Below are positions 27,254 through 30,551 of a stretch of 30,551 nt of DNA, piece by piece. The notes beneath the pieces are model-generated. The model made no database searches, was not told the DNA's origin, and saw only the letters and a program-made list of their open reading frames with translations. The stretch is from an uncultured Dehalococcoidales bacterium (lineage in GTDB: Bacteria; Chloroflexota; Dehalococcoidia; Lucifugimonadales; Lucifugimonadaceae), in the NCBI GenBank assembly GCA_964644645.1, contig CAZXXH010000002.1, positions 1 to 30,551 on the forward strand. The letters are read 5' to 3'. A program made the position numbers and the translations under genes. The number at the start of each line of letters is the position of its first letter. Positions within the stretch are counted from its first letter, which is position 1.

Positions 27254-28447
27254 CTACGAGCCCTGAGAGCGACTTCGCCCTAAGACGTCTAGGTACTTGA
27301 GGGCCGAGCCTGTGTTAAGTATTAGTACACGCTCACCATGATCTATCTCGCCAGACTGGATCAGTTTTCTTAGACCAGCTACTGTTGCCCCACCTTCAGG
27401 GGCAGCGAAAATACCCGCCAGTCTGGCTAGGTCAGATACGCCGATTAGCATCTCGTTATCACTCACCCTTATTGCTGTCCCGTTGCTGTTTCTTACAGTG
27501 CGAAGGATAAGATAGTCACCGATCGCTGCAGGCACTCGCATTCCAGACGCTATTGTGTGTGGATCCATGACTGGATTTGCAAACTCATCTCCGTTTTCAA
27601 ATGCGTTGACTATGGGGGAACAGCCTTCAGGTTGTACAACCACCATGCGGGGTCTTTTTGTGCCAATCCATCCCATTTGCTCCATTTCATCGAAGGCTTT
27701 CCACATTCCAACGATGCCAGTGCCACCACCTGTTGGGTAGATGATCACATCCGGAAGAGTCCAACCCAGCGACTCAGCGATTTCAAAACCCATAGTTTTC
27801 TTACCTTCTAGGCGGTATGGCTCCCGTAGTGTACTAACGTCGAAGAGGTCTAGACTTTGCGCCGCTGCAGCGGAAGTTTTTCCCGCGTCGGTGATGAATC
27901 CGTCTACAAGTGATAGGTGGGCCCCATATGCGAGGGACTCCTGTTTGTTAGCAGATGGTGCATCTTGTGGCATAAAAACATGGGCTTCCAACCCGCCTGC
28001 AGCGGCGTAAGCCGCAAGCGAACCAGCGGCGTTGCCGGCTGATGGTATGGTCACCCTAGAGATGCCCAGTTCCTTTGCCTTGGATACCGCAGCACAAAGT
28101 CCCCGTGCCTTGAAGGACCCGGTGGGATTCAATCCTTCATCTTTAACTAACAACTCGTGAAGACCAATGTTGGAGGCAAGCCTCGGCGTTTCAATCATTG
28201 GGGTGAAACCTTCGCCTAGCGAAATAATGTTTTGAACATCCAAGATTGGCAGAATTTCGGCATAGCGCCACATGTCAGTTCTTCTGGTACCAAGATCGAC
28301 TTTACGAAGCACTTGGGATGCGGCTTTTAGGTCATATCGGGCGAAAAGTACCTTGCCACAGTCGACACAAGTGCGCTGTGGCAACTCCGCTCCCGTGGTA
28401 ATGCCGCAATAACTACATTCGAGGTGTGTTAGGAAACTGAAACGCAT
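27254..28447 (-). CDS. Threonine-synthase-like PLP enzyme with an N-terminal Zn ribbon (second paralog)
   Basis: CSYC...CVDC, SLGEGFTP, KDEGLNPTGSFKARG (PLP lysine), PSAGNAA, YRLEGKKT, YPTGGG, APEGGA, NTGSALKY. Confidence 0.85.
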   Translation of the reverse strand: MRFSFLTHLECSYCGITTGAELPQRTCVDCGKVLFARYDLKAASQVLRKVDLGTRRTDMWRYAEILPILDVQNIISLGEGFTPMIETPRLASNIGLHELLVKDEGLNPTGSFKARGLCAAVSKAKELGISRVTIPSAGNAAGSLAAYAAAGGLEAHVFMPQDAPSANKQESLAYGAHLSLVDGFITDAGKTSAAAAQSLDLFDVSTLREPYRLEGKKTMGFEIAESLGWTLPDVIIYPTGGGTGIVGMWKAFDEMEQMGWIGTKRPRMVVVQPEGCSPIVNAFENGDEFANPVMDPHTIASGMRVPAAIGDYLILRTVRNSNGTAIRVSDNEMLIGVSDLARLAGIFAAPEGGATVAGLRKLIQSGEIDHGERVLILNTGSALKYLDVLGRSRSQGS

Positions 28448-28703
28448 GGTAGGAATATCCGTTGTCGTGCTTCCGCTCGCTATAGGAATGCCAGTGTCGA
28501 CAGATCATCAATACTGCAACATCCCGTTACATTTGAGGGGCTTTTGATTCAGGAATAATAAGGCCGGTAGTTTTGATCTGGCAATGATTGTCTTGATGAA
28601 CATGCACTTTTTTATCCAAACCACCTGATTGGGACACAATTGTGAGTTGGGAAGCAGTTATACTTAAGCAAGCTCAATCTAAAGGTTTTTCGGAGCATTC
28701 ACT

Positions 28704-30551
28704 ATGGTCAGCTCTGATCTAGGTACTGTACGCCCGATAGGGATCGAAGACGAGATGCGTAGTTCTTATTTGGACTACGCAATGAGTGTAATTGTGTCGC
28801 GTGCTCTCCCTGACGTGAGAGATGGTCTTAAGCCGGTACAGCGCAGGATACTTTACGGAATGCTCGATCAGGGCATGAGGGCGGGGACTCCTTACAAGAA
28901 AAGTGCCCGACTCGTTGGTGATGTTCTGGGCAAGTACCATCCACATGGGGACTCACCGGTTTACGATGCAATGGTTCGTATGGCTCAGCCTTTTTCATTC
29001 CGATACCGACTAGTGGACGGGCAGGGAAATTTCGGTAGCGTTGATGGTGATCCGCCGGCAGCGATGCGCTATACCGAGGCAAGGCTTGCGCAGATTTCCG
29101 ACATGATGTTGGCCGATATCGACCGTGAGACCGTAGACTGGGCCGATAATTTTGATGCCTCACTGCAGGAACCAACAGTACTTCCTTCCCGTCTTCCAAA
29201 CCTCTTGGCTAATGGCGCTAACGGTATAGCTGTTGGTATGGCGACCAGCATACCCCCGCATAATCTTGAGGAGTTGTGTGACGGAATTGTCTTGTTGATC
29301 GACAATCCCGAAGCCACGCTAGATGATTTAATGCAGTACATCAAAGCACCGGATTTCCCAACTGGGGCTCACATTTGGGGTAGCGAGGGCATACGGTCTG
29401 CGTATGCATCTGGGCGCGGCCGTGTTCTAGTTCAGGCCCATCATGAGATTGAGGACATCAAGAAGCAAGACCGAGAGCGAGTCGTGTTCACCGAAATTCC
29501 ATTTCAAGTGAATAAGGCATCGTTGGTCGCGAAGATAGCAGACCTCGCTAAATCCAAGAAGGTTGAAGGCATATCGGAAGTTCGGGATGAGTCGGACCGC
29601 AAGGGTATGCGTATAGTCGTAGAGTTACGGCGAGGCACTTCGGCTGATGTTGTATTGAACAATCTTTATAAACACACAGCACTTCGATCCGCGTTTTCTG
29701 TGAATATGCTGGCACTTGTCGATGGTATTCCTCGCGTTCTCAGTCTGAAGCAGGCTCTGCGCCACTTCATCGATTTTCGACAAAAGGTGGTTGTGCGGCG
29801 TGCTGAATTTGACCTGCGACGGGCGCGTGCACGAATCCACTTGCTTGAAGGGCTCAGGGTTGCGCTTGAGAACCTAGATCGAGTTGTGCAACTCATCAGG
29901 TCTTCGGAGACAGTCGACAGTGCGCGTAACAGTCTGATGGCAGAATTTGATCTGTCTGAGATTCAGGCGCAGGCGATACTCGACATGCAGCTTCGCAGGT
30001 TGGCAGCACTGGAGCGTGAGAAAATTGAGAAGGAGTACCAGGAGCTTCTCAATTTAATACAGGATCTTGAATCACTTCTTGCTGACCCTGCGAAGATTTT
30101 AGGGGTGGTGAGAAAAGAGACTCTCGATCTAAAAACGCGCCATGGGAATGAACGTATGACCAGGGTGCATGAAGAGGAGATTGGCGAGTGGCGTCGTGAG
30201 GACACAGAGCCCCACGAGGAAGTCGTAATAACTCTGAGCAAAAATGGGTACGTTAAGCGTGTCCGGTCGACAACGTTCAAGAGTCAACACCGTGGTGGCA
30301 AGGGCGTGAAAGGTCAGCGAATGACCAAAGAGGATGATCTTACGCCTTACCTGCAAGTAGCGGATACACACGATACTCTGCTTTTTTTTACCAGCCGCGG
30401 CAGAGTCTTTGCAAATCGGGTGTTTGAGGTGCCTGCCAGCTATTCAAGGAATACTAGGGGCACACCTGTACAGAACATCATTAGACTTGAACCTAGGGAA
30501 CGGGTACAGGCGATTCAATCTGTGTCAAGCCTAATGGAGGACAACTATATT
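28704..30551 (+). CDS. gyrA: DNA gyrase subunit A, 5' part (runs off the window; absent from the ORF track because it has no stop)
   Basis: I translated 616 open codons from ATG 28704 (GGAG at 28692-28695): [34 protein letters not shown], catalytic AAMRYTE (Tyr codon 29070-29072) and the GyrA-box QHRGGKG (30285-30305). Confidence 0.97.
   Translation, partial: MVSSDLGTVRPIGIEDEMRSSYLDYAMSVIVSRALPDVRDGLKPVQRRILYGMLDQGMRAGTPYKKSARLVGDVLGKYHPHGDSPVYDAMVRMAQPFSFRYRLVDGQGNFGSVDGDPPAAMRYTEARLAQISDMMLADIDRETVDWADNFDASLQEPTVLPSRLPNLLANGANGIAVGMATSIPPHNLEELCDGIVLLIDNPEATLDDLMQYIKAPDFPTGAHIWGSEGIRSAYASGRGRVLVQAHHEIEDIKKQDRERVVFTEIPFQVNKASLVAKIADLAKSKKVEGISEVRDESDRKGMRIVVELRRGTSADVVLNNLYKHTALRSAFSVNMLALVDGIPRVLSLKQALRHFIDFRQKVVVRRAEFDLRRARARIHLLEGLRVALENLDRVVQLIRSSETVDSARNSLMAEFDLSEIQAQAILDMQLRRLAALEREKIEKEYQELLNLIQDLESLLADPAKILGVVRKETLDLKTRHGNERMTRVHEEEIGEWRREDTEPHEEVVITLSKNGYVKRVRSTTFKSQHRGGKGVKGQRMTKEDDLTPYLQVADTHDTLLFFTSRGRVFANRVFEVPASYSRNTRGTPVQNIIRLEPRERVQAIQSVSSLMEDNYI

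Noticed and set aside
28704-30551. ParC instead of GyrA, and the small ORFs called in this interval
   Set aside because: The GyrA-box QHRGGKG is present and one open frame explains the whole interval.
1-30551. CRISPR arrays, tRNA or rRNA genes, IS elements, integrases or prophage genes
   Set aside because: By eye I found no spaced repeat arrays, cloverleaf signatures, terminal inverted repeats or transposase and integrase motifs. Dedicated scans would be needed to exclude short ncRNAs.

Overview
Compact core-metabolism window (about half GC) from a bacterium, most likely Chloroflexota, class Dehalococcoidia (SAR202-like). That placement is inferred from the gene set (T-box-led ilv-leu operon, Geobacter-type CimA, luciferase-like monooxygenase, MshA/MshD-like pair), not from a database search. 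Left to right: 3' end of thrC; a CelD/BcsL-type GNAT; an mshA-like glycosyltransferase broken by an internal deletion plus frameshift; a convergent mshD-like tandem GNAT; a leucine T-box riboswitch (CUC specifier) heading ilvB-ilvN-ilvC-leuA-leuC-[DUF4328-like membrane gene]-leuD-leuB; a penicillin-acylase-family Ntn hydrolase, a MaoC hydratase and a family III CoA-transferase with one in-frame TAA; a lone JAMM/MPN peptidase; cimA; an LLM oxidoreductase; DUF3090 plus an SCO1664-type kinase facing an inositol monophosphatase; htpX-pspAB and a glutamine-amidotransferase-like protein lacking its catalytic triad; a second threonine-synthase-like gene; and the 5' part of gyrA, which the ORF track misses. 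I saw no tRNA, rRNA, CRISPR array or mobile element. The best candidate for an undescribed system is a mycothiol-like inositol-thiol pathway outside Actinobacteria. Its pieces are spread over the window and no mshB or mshC is visible here.
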